64,000 bases of DNA from the NCBI RefSeq assembly GCF_006345805.1, contig NC_043005.1:95790001-95854000 (forward strand), read 5' to 3'. Position 1 is the first letter of the stretch, and each line of letters starts with the position of its first letter. Below the pieces are notes generated by a model that searched no databases, was not told the origin of the DNA, and was given only the letters and a program-made list of their open reading frames with translations. This document shows, piece by piece, positions 52,286 through 64,000 of the stretch. The stretch comes from Octopus sinensis (lineage: Eukaryota). Made by a program: the position numbers and the translations under genes.

Positions 52286-52391
52286 TATATATATATGTAT
52301 ATATATATTATATATATTATGTATATTATAATATATTATATATGTATATATATATATCTTATATATATGTATATATTATATTATATATATG

Positions 52392-52449
<58 letters not shown>

Positions 52450-52543
52450 ATATATAGTATATATATATATATATTATATATGTATATATATATATATATA
52501 TTATATATATAATATGTATATCTATATATATATATATAATAGT

Positions 52544-52578
<35 letters not shown>

Positions 52579-52593
52579 CTATGATATATTATA

Positions 52594-52628
<35 letters not shown>

Positions 52629-53228
52629 TATATATATATATGCCAATTAAGGACTGAACACGAAAAGTGGACAGTCAACATGCTAGATATAGACGTCAAA
52701 TCGCCATTCACCACAAAAGATTATGTTCTCAGATCAAACTCAACACAAAACCATAGCAATAAACAAGTGAAAAAATATACGAAATAAAATAATTACTTTA
52801 ATTATTTTATTTCGTATATTTTTCACTTGTTTATTGCTATGGTTTGTGTGAGTTTGATCTGAGAACATAATCTTTTGTGGTGAATGGCGATTTGACGTCT
52901 ATATCTAGCATGTGACTGTCCACTTTTCGTGTTCAGTCCTTAATTGGTATATATAAATTTTAATCTTCGGATTCTTTTTTAATATGCTAGACCACTGGTC
53001 TTAATTGATAAATATCAATTTCTACCCTTAATTAATTTGATATATATATGTATATATGTATTATATATAATATATATATTATATATTATATGTATATTTA
53101 TGTATATATATATGTATATTATGTATATATATATGTAGGTTATATATGTATATTTTGTATATATATATGTATGTTTATATAGTATATTTATGTATATATA
53201 TATATGTATATTTATGTATATATATATT

Positions 53229-53271
<43 letters not shown>

Positions 53272-53900
53272 GTATATTTATATATATATTATTCATCTCA
53301 TCATCATATATATGGTATATATATATAGTATATTTATGTATATATATATATGTATTTTATGTATTATATATATATGTATATTTATATATATAATTGTATA
53401 TTATATAATATATATATATATATGTGTGTGTTTATATTTATATATATATATGTATGTATGTATATTTATATATACACATATATATATATATATATCTGTA
53501 TATTTATATATATATATATATATGTATATTTATATATATATATATATGTATATTTATATATATATATATGTATATTTATATATATATATATGTATATTTA
53601 TTATATATATATATAGAATTTATATATATGTATATTTATATATATATATATATATGTTAATATATGTTATATATATTATATATATTGTATATTTTATATA
53701 TATATATAATATATGTATATATATATGTATATATATATATTATTTGATTATATTGTATATATATATATTATACTATATAATATATATATATATGTATATT
53801 ATATATATATATAATTATATATATATATATAATGTATATTTATATATATATAATATGTATATTATATATATGTATATGTATTATATATATATATATATAT
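50688..53900. repeat. Degenerate (TA)n/(TATG) expanse of about 3 kb, interrupted by a palindromic island
   Basis: Almost pure AT from 50688-52640 and 53040-53900; source of the spurious Y/I-rich ORFs. A shorter tract lies at about 48865-49130. Confidence 0.95.
52643..52947. repeat. Near-perfect palindrome, about 150-bp arms
   Basis: 52643-52794 is the reverse complement of 52801-52947 apart from a few single-base indels. Confidence 0.93.
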
Positions 53901-54109
53901 ATGAGGAGAGGACCTCGGAAGATTCACAAGATCCGAGTTTTTCCCTTGTAACTTTTTGGAAAATGGGTTTTTTTTTTTTTTTTTCAATGAAATTTTATAT
54001 AATTGCCTTTCAAATGGCATACATTACGATTATAAAGTAATTTATATTAACCAAATTTTTAATGAAAAACTCCGACTGAAAATTCCACCCAACCCTCTCC
54101 ACGCCATCA

Positions 54110-54382
54110 CTCTGTCTAAAAGTTAAAGTGAACGGTTGTTCTATCAATTTCTGTATGCGTTGTGGTGAAACAGTAAAAGGATAACGGCAGCGCCTAGTCA
54201 TTAATACGAGAAAAAAAATTGGGCGCAAAATGTCGAGCTGCTGGGGTTGTTGTCTTGCACGCAGGCATGTATCTGACTCATACACTGTTCACTTCCCAGA
54301 CATTTATACATTACTGCAGATGCCTTATATGCACTTTTGACAAGTTGTGGTGCATCTGAGAACTGTATACATCATCATCATC

Positions 54383-54414
<32 letters not shown>

Positions 54415-54598
54415 TTAACGTCCGTTTTCCATCATCATCATCCTCATCAGATACATTCTTGCGTGTGGGATAGCAGCCCCAGCAGTTTGACGTTGCGTCC
54501 ATTATTTTCTCGCTTTAGCTGCCGTTATCCTTTTACTGTTTCACTGTAGCGCTGCAGAAAGTGATAGAGTGGCCGTTCACTTTAACTTTTAGACAGAG
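54110..54598. mobile_element. Fold-back / MITE-like element with diverged inverted arms
   Basis: CTCTGTCTAAAAGTTAAAGTGAACGG (54110) mirrors CCGTTCACTTTAACTTTTAGACAGAG (ends 54598); arms 54110-54276 and 54447-54598. The centre holds a (CAT)n family C scrap. Confidence 0.7.
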
Positions 54599-55092
54599 GG
54601 AAAACAAAAAACGAAAAACCAGCTTCTTAAGTCTTTCCTTTAAGAGTATGATAGGGGTACCAAAAAAGGGTAGTATGTTATTTTCAATGAATTTGTTTGA
54701 AAAACAGAATTTCTTTACTTTGTTTTAAAAAAATTTCTTTACTTTGTGTAAAAAATTATTTTGTTTAAAAAAAAACATCTATTAATTTGCAAAGGCACAG
54801 GAGTGGCTGTGTGGAAGAGAGGGGGGAGATTACTTTGTTCTCGTGTCTGCCGGAACCTACTTATTATCTCTTCCTGTTTCCACTGGATATATATCCCTTT
54901 AGTGTTCACATTATTCTGCCATAATTAAAGCTTTTTCGTCCTCATTGTTTTAAACTAATCATTCATTAATCTTGTAGGTATGAGATTTTGATGAGGTAGC
55001 TGTTAATTTTTAAAACGATATAGTAGGGTTGGTGTGAGAGGCCAGATCTGTTGTTATCAGTTACATACACACACATGTATATATATATATAC

Positions 55093-55493
55093 AGGCGCAG
55101 GAGTGGCTGTGTGGTAAGTAGCTTGCTAACTAACCACATGGTTCCGGGTTCAGTCCCACTGCGTGGCATCTTGAGCAAGTGTCTTCTGCTATAGCCCCGG
55201 GCCGACCAATGCCTTGTGAGTGGATTTGGTAGACGGAAGCTGAAAGAAGCCTGTCGTATATATATATATAGATATATGTGTGTTTGTGTGTTTGTGTTTG
55301 TCCCCCTAGCATTGCTTGACAACCGATGCTGGTGTGTTTACGTCCCCGTCACTTATCGGTTCGGCAAAAAGAGACCGATAGAATAAGTACTGGGCTTACA
55401 AAGAATAAGTCCCAGGGTCGAGTTGCTCGATTAAAGGCGGTGCTCCAGCATGGCCGCAGTCAAATGACTGAAACAAGTAAAAGAGTAAAAGAG
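55093..55493 (+). mobile_element. SINE family A, full-length copy
   Basis: Complete head, microsatellite and tail. Confidence 0.9.
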
Positions 55494-55684
55494 TATATAT
55501 ATATATATGTATCACCGTGACCGACCAGGTTATCAGATGTTGCTACACATCGCTGGTCACAATACGCTTCGCAGTGTTTTAGCCTTCAAATGACGCCACC
55601 CCGCTGGCTAAGTGGGCAGGCCAACAGACGAAAGAGTGAGAGAAAGTTGTGGCGAAAGAGTACAGCAGGGTTCGCCACCACCCC

Positions 55685-55726
<42 letters not shown>

Positions 55727-55884
55727 CTTATATATATATATATAATAATATATATATACTTTGATACTTTGATAGGTTTCGGCCATTATTGGCCCAGGCC
55801 ATGTCTAACTTAATAGCACCACCTGGTGCTATGTATATATACACACACATATATATATACTTTTATGAATATATACATATTTAT

Positions 55885-56287
55885 AGGCGCAGGAGTGGCT
55901 GTGTGGTAAGTAGCTTGCTTACCCACTACATGGCTCTGGTTCAGTCCCACTGCATGCCACCTTGGACAAATGTCTTCTACTATAGCCTCGAGCGGACCAA
56001 CGCCTTGTGAGTGGATTTGGTAGACGGAAACTGAATGAAGCCTGTCGTATATATGTACATATATATGCATGTGTGTATGTGTGTGTATATGCTTGTGTTT
56101 GTCCTCCTAAATTGCTTGACAAACGATGCTGGTGTGTTTACGTCCCCGTAACTTAGCGGTTCGGCAAAAGAGAATGATGGACTAAGTACTAGGATTACAA
56201 AGAATAAGTCCTGGGTTCAATTTTTTCGACTAAAGGCAATGCCCCAGCATGACCACAGTCAAATGACTGAAACAAGTAAAAGAGTTA
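55885..56287 (+). mobile_element. SINE family A, full-length copy
   Basis: Complete head, microsatellite and tail. Confidence 0.88.
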
Positions 56288-56304
56288 TACATTTCTCTCT
56301 ATAT

Positions 56305-56715
56305 AGGCGCAGGAGTGGCTGTGTGGTGGGTGGCTTGTTTACCAACCACATGGTTCCGGGTTCAGTCCCACTGCGTGGCATCTTGGGCAGGTGTCTTCTA
56401 TTGTAGCCTCGGGCCAGCCAAGGCCTTGTGAGTGGATTTGGTCGACGGAGGCTGAAGGAGGCCTGTCGTATATATGTATATATGTATATATATATATATG
56501 TGTGTGTGTGTGTTTGTGTTTGTCCCTCTGGCATTGCTTGACAACTGATCCTGGTGTGTTTATGTCCCCGTTACTTGGTGGTTCGGCGAAGGAGACCGAT
56601 GGAGTGAGTGCTGGGCTTGCAAAGGAATGAGTGCCGGGGTCGAGTTGCTCGACTAAAGGCGGTGCTCCGGCATGGCCGCGGTCGGGTGACTGAAGAAGTG
56701 GAGGAGTGGGGGGAG
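56305..56715 (+). mobile_element. SINE family A, full-length copy with an excess of A-to-G differences
   Basis: Complete copy directly after the 55885 copy. Confidence 0.88.
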
Positions 56716-56822
56716 TATAAATATATATATGTATATATACGTATTTATACATCTCTCTCTCTCTCTCTCTATTCTATATATATATATATATATTATATAT
56801 ATATATATATAATATTTATTAT

Positions 56823-57782
56823 TTTATAGAAGGAGCTTCTACAGGACTAGAACTGTTCATTCAAAAGAATCATCATACCTTATTTACTGTGGTTAACCCC
56901 GACTCAACCCGGGACCTACATATAATCCCATCTCTTCCCATCTTTCCGCCATTGGCGGTCTTTTCCTCACTCTTCTTCTTCTTATGCTAAAACTTGAAAA
57001 TCGCCATTACCATTACGATTCTGCAATTTAAATTCCCAATTCAACTTACTTTCTTCTTCAATTTCAACTCCTGGTCGATGCCCGCAGCAAGTTCTTAAAA
57101 ATTTATCTTACTATTTTTATTCGTTGTTACTACGTTTATTCATACATTGTTACGAAAATTTAACCTTTTAGGCTACTTTCAAGCCTTCGCCATAACTTGA
57201 TTTATCTTTCCTATCTCTCTCTCTACAAAATTTAACCTTAGGCTACCTCAAGCCGTAATCCCATCTCTTCCCATCTTTCCGCCATTGGCGGTGCGCCCGC
57301 CCTCCACCCCCACCACCAATACCGATGAACACTGTTCTCACCCCCACCACCAATACCGGTGAACTCTGTTCTCACCACCACCACCACCAATACCGGTGAA
57401 CACTGTTCTCACCCCCCACCACCAATACCAGTATACCCTGTCTCACCATCTACACCGGATACGCCTTACTCATCTACACCGGGTACGCCCTACTCCCTCC
57501 CCCTCCCCCACTACCCCTTCTCTTCATGTGCTTTTTACTGTGAAAAGAGAAGATGCTAGCGCCATAGCTCATCAACTGCCCACCGATCTTACGCTTCCTC
57601 CTGACCACTGCCTCATTCCGACCATCCCCTTTAGTACCTCCCGCCTCGTAATATCCTACGTTTTATTTCTTAGGAACCTACACCAACCCTTCCTGCCATC
57701 GTTCCTCCCTTACCCCAACCTTCCCTCTGGTTGCTCCCCTATATTACCCGCCTCAACTGGACGCCCCCCTCCCCAACTCAAC
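56823..57782 (+). repeat. Unclassified pyrimidine-rich repeat with internal tandem duplications
   Basis: CCACCACCAATACCG unit four times at 57307-57432 and TAATCCCATCTCTTCCCATCTTTCCGCCATTGGCGGT twice. Homologous in inverted orientation to 49415-50690. Confidence 0.6.
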
Positions 57783-57882
57783 NNNNNNNNNNNNNNNNNN
57801 NNNNNNNNNNNNNNNNNNNNNNNNNNNNNNNNNNNNNNNNNNNNNNNNNNNNNNNNNNNNNNNNNNNNNNNNNNNNNNNNNN
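57783..57882. other. Assembly gap (100 N)
   Basis: Run of exactly 100 N; the true distance across it is unknown. Confidence 1.
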
Positions 57883-57922
57883 ATGTATGTATAATATTGT
57901 ATATATATGTATATATGTATAT

Positions 57923-59792
57923 GATTGATTGATTGATTCTAGTTTCAGCTTATGAGCTGTGGCCATGCTGGGGCACCGCCATTTGGTGTTGCTACTTGGT
58001 TTCACTTCGTGGAGGCTTTCTAGCAACTGCTATTTGGTGCATGAGAGAGTTCGATGCAGCTGCCCTCATCTGCCCCTCCTGCCGTGAAGTTGGTTCATCT
58101 GGGACACCTGACAGGAAGAGATCCAGCTCCATTTTAAAGACATCTGTATCCACCCCATGCAGGTCTCTCAGGTTCTTCGGGAGGATATTGAAGAGCTGTG
58201 GGCTCGGAAGCCCAGGCTATCACAGAATCTTGTCCTACATCTTGATGGCAAGTTTGGAGTCCTAGGCACCACGCAGTGGCACCCAGTTCTGGCATTTGCG
58301 TAACTCTCGATGCCAAAGTTCAGGACACTTCCCTCCAGGATCTTCCAGATGTATTTATGGCATATCTTCCCGCCTACGCTCCAGGGAATATAATTTTAAT
58401 CTCTTGAGTCTTTCCCAGTAGCTTACATTCTGCATAGAGGCTATCTTCTTCGTGTAGCTTCGTTGGATCGCCTCAAGTTCTGTGATCAACTTGACACTGG
58501 ATGGTGACCATAGCTGAGAGCAATAGTCAAAGTGGCTTAGGACAAGTGTCTTCCAGAGGACCATCATGGTTTCTTGTTTTCTTGTTCTAAAGGTTCTAAG
58601 AATCCATCCAGCCAGCCGTCTGCATTTCATTGTCAGTTTAGCAACATGTACATGAAAGGTCGCGTCATCACACATGTGAATACCCAGGTCACGCACTGAT
58701 TGTGCCTCTGGGATTGCAATCCCTCCGGGTCCAGTGTATTCCTTGGGTATTGCATTCAGTTTTGCATGCTGATAGTATAAAGCTTGAAACTTTTCAGCAT
58801 GAACTGCATGCTATTCTTTTCAGCCCCTTGTATATTTCGTCCAGCTCATATTGCAGGTGCTTAGTGTCTTCAGGGTTCTGTATTGCCTGTGAAACTTTTG
58901 TATCATCTGCATAACTTGTGATCGTGGCTCTCCGCGTGGCTGAGGGCATGTCTGAGAGGGCCATTATGAACAGTAGTGGTCCCAAAACAGTGCCCTGTGG
59001 AACACCGCTCACTATTTGCTTGCTAATGGAAGTGGCCCCATTGGCTACTACCACCTGACTTCTATTCTTCAGAAAGTCGTGAAGCCATTCTCCTAGTTTT
59101 CCAACTATGCCAAGATCACGCAGTTTGTGACATATCATTCCATGATCGACTTTATCGAAGGCCTTTGCGAAGTCGAGATATATGACTTCCACATTTGAGT
59201 GGTTGAGCAGTTGTTTCAGCACCCAGTCATAGTGCTGTAGGAGCTGAGTTAAGCAGCTTCTTCCTGGTCGGAAACCATGTTGGGTGTCAGGCAGCAAGTT
59301 ATTTTCTTCAAGGAAGGTGATTAGTTTCCTGACTATTCGTTCCATGACCTTGCTGATGTGTGAGGTCAGAGAGATAGGTCTGTAGTTCTTGGCTCCGCTC
59401 TGCTACCTCCTTTATGAATAGGGCATATTTTACCTTCCTTCAGTTTTCTTGAAGTTTGCCAGCTGCAAGGAAGCTCTGAAAGAGGAACTGCAGTGGTCTT
59501 GCTAAGACTCTCTTACATACTTTTAGGAGGATTGCCGGAATCCATCGGGGCCAATAGCTGAGTCTGTTTTCATTTCATCTATAGCCTTTATTACATCGTC
59601 TTCCTTTATATCGATGTAATTTATCGTGCGCCCCTCTGATTCTATATCTGCAGTGGTAAAGAGTCAGTTGGATTGCTGATTTGGAAATGCCCAAGGGGTG
59701 GAGTGAAAACACTCTTGAATTGTTCATTCAGTATTTCACTTACCCTCATTGGTTTTCCTGTGAGTGTGCCATCCTTTTCAAGGAGTGGCCCT
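57923..59792 (-). mobile_element. 5'-truncated CR1/L2-type LINE with 3' UTR and (AATC)n tail
   Basis: RT motifs QHGFRPGRSC, YLDFAKAFDKVDH, SGVPQGTVLGPLLF, YADDTK; downstream RDLGI...DYCSQLWSP...YWERLKRLKLYSLERRRE; frameshifted. Confidence 0.92.
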
Positions 59793-59823
59793 ATGTATAT
59801 ATATAATGTGTATATATTGTATA

Positions 59824-59871
<48 letters not shown>

Positions 59872-59923
59872 CATATATATGTATATATATATAGTATATA
59901 TATGTATATATATCTCTATATAT

Positions 59924-60154
59924 AAGGCGGCAAGCTGGCAGAAATGTTAGTGCACCAGGCGAAATGCTTTATGGTATTTCGTCTGCCGTTACGTTCTGGG
60001 TTCAAATTCTGCCGAGGTCGACTTTGCCTTTCATCCTTTCGGGGTTGATAAATTAAGTACCAGTTACGCACTGGGGTCGATGTAATCTACTTAATCCCTT
60101 TGTCTGTACTTGTTTGTCCTCTCTGTGTTTAGCCCCTTGTGGGTAGTAAAGAAA
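59924..60154 (+). mobile_element. SINE family B
   Basis: Near full-length copy inserted in a TA tract. Confidence 0.88.
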
Positions 60155-61746
60155 TATATATATATCTCTATTTGCTGGTGACCTTGTTTTTATAGTGGAA
60201 CCTGGGGAAGATTTGGAAAAGAAAATCCAAACTTAAAACCTAGAATGGAAGGACATTAAAATAAACTTAGCCAGTACTGAAGTGCTAAGCCAGGACACTG
60301 ATGCCATCTGGGAAAGGATGCTCCATATGCACAAGAGGTTTAAGAGGGACTCCATACAGGGTACCCTGTGTACTCAGTGGGTGTTCATGAAACATAACAT
60401 GATGGACACACTGACAGCAAAGATAGTCTTCATATGTTATCACTGTTATATTGTAATTGTTGTTGTTGGTGGAGGTGGTGGAAGCAGTGGTGTTACTCCC
60501 TCCTCCTCCTCATCCAATCTAATTTTAACAAGACAAATTGTAGAATTCATGAAGTGGTGGTAATGTGATTGAAGTGTCCCCAAAAATGGAAGGAAAAATC
60601 GAAATATTAGTTAGGAAATCCTAATCCTACCTGGTTATTTAATTTATGCTACCAAATGTAAAGCAGTGGGTATATGATGATGATGATAGGTGTGGTTGTG
60701 ATGATGATGACAACCATCATCACCATCACTGTTTTTGTGTGTTACAAATTCACTCTTCATTATTAAGAACACTTGAAGAATGTCTAATTGAATATCAGTT
60801 GGTAAAATGAAATATTAAAGAAGTTTGTTACTAAAATGAGTGGAGGTGGGAGATTGCCAATGTTGGTCTTCGTTAGATATATAAAGTTCTCACCACTAAT
60901 TGAATGAAACTTGATCCTTAATGAGCATTTCTAAAAAGATACACTCTTTGTTTAATCTATCTTCAATGTGGCTTTGTGGTGACAGAATAGCAAAGTGGTA
61001 CTGTCTTGTGACGGTACACAATCTAGCCAATGAATATTGCCGTCTTATTTAGATAGAACTTCATTTACTAATTAACAGTCTCCTTCTTTGATAAGGCTTT
61101 TTTTTTTCAACATTTTAGTCAAGAGCTGACATTCATAAGTTTCAGTAATGTTATCAACTCATTCTACCAACTTCCCACCATTATCATGCCTTTTAGTTAT
61201 AAAACTTTAGAGTCCTTTGATGACAGAGAAGAATTTGATGTAAGTTGGCATCTGCATATGTATTCTTTTATTCATCCTGACCACTGTCAATTTTATATTT
61301 CATGGTTCCCGTTGCAAGGTTGCAGCAATGCCATCTAACATGCTTTGTGGTTCCACTCTGTTATTTCTGTGTTTACTTTTCTGAAAATGTGTTTTACTAG
61401 TGATTATTATTAATTGTACATAAAAAAAATTAGCAATGGTTTAACATTTCCTTTCAGCTGTTTTATGTGTCATTTTCTTCACTTCCTCATCCTCCGCATT
61501 GTCTACTGTTGTTGTTGTCTGAGATGTTCTAGCTGTGACCATTCCATCTGTTCTTACATCATTTTTTCTGTTTTTGTTTTGTCTTTAGAGTTACACCTTA
61601 GATTCACTTCCTTGTTTGTCTCACCTTTAGTCATTTTCACATTTTGATTATGGCCAGCAAACAACATTTCATTTTTGGATTTGGTTTGCAAGATTCTTTG
61701 TATGAGTTCGTGTGTAGAAGCATATTCTGTTGTGTCTGGGGAGAGC

Positions 61747-61896
61747 CATTTTCTTTTTGTGCCTTACTATGTAACACACTCAGTCAAAACTATTGAAAAG
61801 GTTGCAAGACACAATGAAAATTTTAGGACAATAAAAATAAGAAAAAAGTGGAAATTTTACCAGTGAGTGTGTTACATAAGGCACAAAAAGAAAATG
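61747..61896. repeat. Short inverted-repeat element (about 35-bp arms)
   Basis: CATTTTCTTTTTGTGCCTTACTATGTAACACACTCA mirrors TGAGTGTGTTACATAAGGCACAAAAAGAAAATG. Confidence 0.75.
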
Positions 61897-62897
61897 ACAC
61901 CTCAGACGCACAAGCAAACAATATTATTCACTTTTATTGTATGTCCACACCAACTGTATTTTTGTTTTTGTCTTTTGCTTATCTTTCTTTTTTGTTTTTG
62001 TTTTAAGTATCTCAGAACTCATCAAAGTTCGTTCAACTGATCAATGGAATTATCTTGAACATTTACCAAATCCTAATCATTTCACTTTGGTTGTATACTT
62101 CTTTAGTTTTCTCATAGTTTTGATGAGAAATCTTTATAATTATTTTCTCCCATTTACAGAACTTTGGCAGAACTTCTCTAATTGCTCAAGTCTTGCGACC
62201 ATATCACTATAAATAGTTCAGATATATTACTTTCAAAATGAGTGTTCTTACAACAATAGTTATAATAGTTTAGACATAATATACTTTCTAAATTAGAATT
62301 CTTACAAAATGGTTATAATAGTTTAGGTACATTACTTGCAGAATTATTTCTTACAAACTTGGGAATGTTATTTTCTCCTAGGAACGCATTTCAGCTTCTA
62401 GGTTACAACCACTAGCACACATCACATACCAACACAATATTCAGTTTCTCTTCTATTGGTTTCAACTGTCAGGCGCTGCCATTTCTCCATCTCTACCCAT
62501 TCTTCAAATCTGTCATATAAATATTTATATTTAAGTACTGATATTGTTTCTTTATATTTAAGTTTGTGTGTATGTGTGTGTGTGTACAGTTATTTATGTG
62601 AGCATTTAATGTTTATTTTTCTGAGATTTTTTTTACTCTAATAAATAACTGAACACTAACATTAATGTTCACTTTTGTATGCTCTGCCAACTTCATATAG
62701 CTTGTCCTTTCGCAGTACACAGGCCTAGATTATCTCCTTAATTATTCATAATCCCTTACTGTTTCTTATTTTTAATTAAACTTCAGTAGATGGGTATCAG
62801 AATAATTTATTTCTGCATTGACTATTTTGACTATCACAAGTTTAGTTGAGGTGAACTTTTCTCACAATTTGATATTTTCTTTCGAAATGAACATATC

Positions 62898-62904
<7 letters not shown>

Positions 62905-62947
<43 letters not shown>

Positions 62948-63018
62948 CTCTCTCCTCCTCTCCTCTCTCTCTCTCTCCTCTCTCTCTCTCTCCTCTCTCT
63001 CTCTCTCCTCTCTCTCTC
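62905..63018. repeat. (CT)n microsatellite
   Basis: Interrupted CT run. Confidence 0.95.
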
Positions 63019-64000
63019 TATAACTTTGTGGTTACAGATTTCAGAGTTCTTTACACATTTGGTTACCACTTTTGCAATGTAAACATGTAAAACAAAAAAA
63101 TAGTTATCTTTATAATGTTATCATGCAGTATCAAGGGGTTATTCTAATTGGTTTCATGACTGGTTTTACCATTTTTTAAGTGATATTTGTAGTATTACTA
63201 GCCCTATAAAAAGTGTGTTAATAATATAAATAATATACTGTTTTTGTGCCCTTAACATGCTGATATTGTATGCTTAAGCAAGACTTTCTTCTACGAATAA
63301 GTTTCATACCTATTTATTCTAGCTTACAACCACTAGCACACCACATGCCAACACAATATTTAATTAATGTTATTGTTATAGTTAGTTGATTTATTAATTT
63401 TTATAAATACAACAGATGTTAAATGACGATGATGAATACTTTTCAAAACACACATTTATATATATATATATATATATACATATATATATTTCTATATTTT
63501 TTCCCCCTTCAAGTCATCAGGTTATTTAACAACTAGTTATGTTATAATTGATTTATTTGGAAAACAACTAGGTTCTGCTAACTATTAACTCTTGTTTTCT
63601 GGTTGTTTAAAGCAATTGTACTGTTTCTCTGAATGTTGTTCCATATGTTTCTCATGCCAACAGTCCAACCCATGTCAGCATGGAAGATGGGCATTAAATT
63701 ATGATGATGAATGACTATTATTTTCAGGATATGTTTAGTAAATCTGCTTCATTTTCATTATGTTATAGGACTTTTTTGGATTGCTATCCTTTGGTAAAAG
63801 GACAAAGCAAAAAAAAGAAATCTTTTAAAATTGCAATAAAAATTTTTTCATATAATAGATAATGAAAATGAATTTTTTTTTCCATCATATACTGCAAGAG
63901 TTTTAAAAGTCATATAAGAGCTAGTTTCATCTCTTGCCTTTTTAGCATATATAGTGATATATGTGTGTGTGTGTATATATATCATCATCATCATCATCGT

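Noticed and set aside
54440-54456. CTGATGAGG on the minus strand
   Set aside because: Arises from a (CAT)n run abutting the inverted-repeat arm; no stem II or GAAA follows.
56823-56880. Hammerhead-like TGATGA-TTC tttt GAA-TGAAC on the minus strand
   Set aside because: C3 and one A of GAAA are missing and no stem I partner can be formed.
62390-63362. About 45-bp direct duplication (TTACAACCACTAGCACA...CCAACACAATATT) about 920 bp apart
   Set aside because: Short and AT-rich with no terminal or coding features; probably scraps of an old repeat.

Overview
AT-rich, repeat-dense eukaryotic DNA with no prokaryotic features. The SINE/LINE complement suggests an octopod cephalopod; this is an inference. 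The only host gene I can support is an ArfGAP of the SMAP1/SMAP2 family on the + strand, with three internal coding exons (6307-6440, 22712-22797, 27511 or 27505-27601). Its first exon and its C-terminal exons were not found. The intron between the second and third of these exons has a minor-spliceosome (U12-type) donor, GTATCCTTT. Its branch-site spacing and the protein alignment point to a non-canonical GG acceptor. The rest is intronic: two SINE families, RTE 3' ends, CR1/L2-type and R4-type LINE relics, three mariner derivatives, a Helitron-like element, two Penelope-like (GIY-YIG) elements, minisatellites, long (TA)n tracts and a 100-N gap. The most interesting items are the U12 intron, several Penelope-type hammerhead ribozyme motifs (one a minimal U3-A8 variant in an ORF-less element) and many long fold-back structures. 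Most ORFs in the supplied track are artefacts of low-complexity DNA or repeats.
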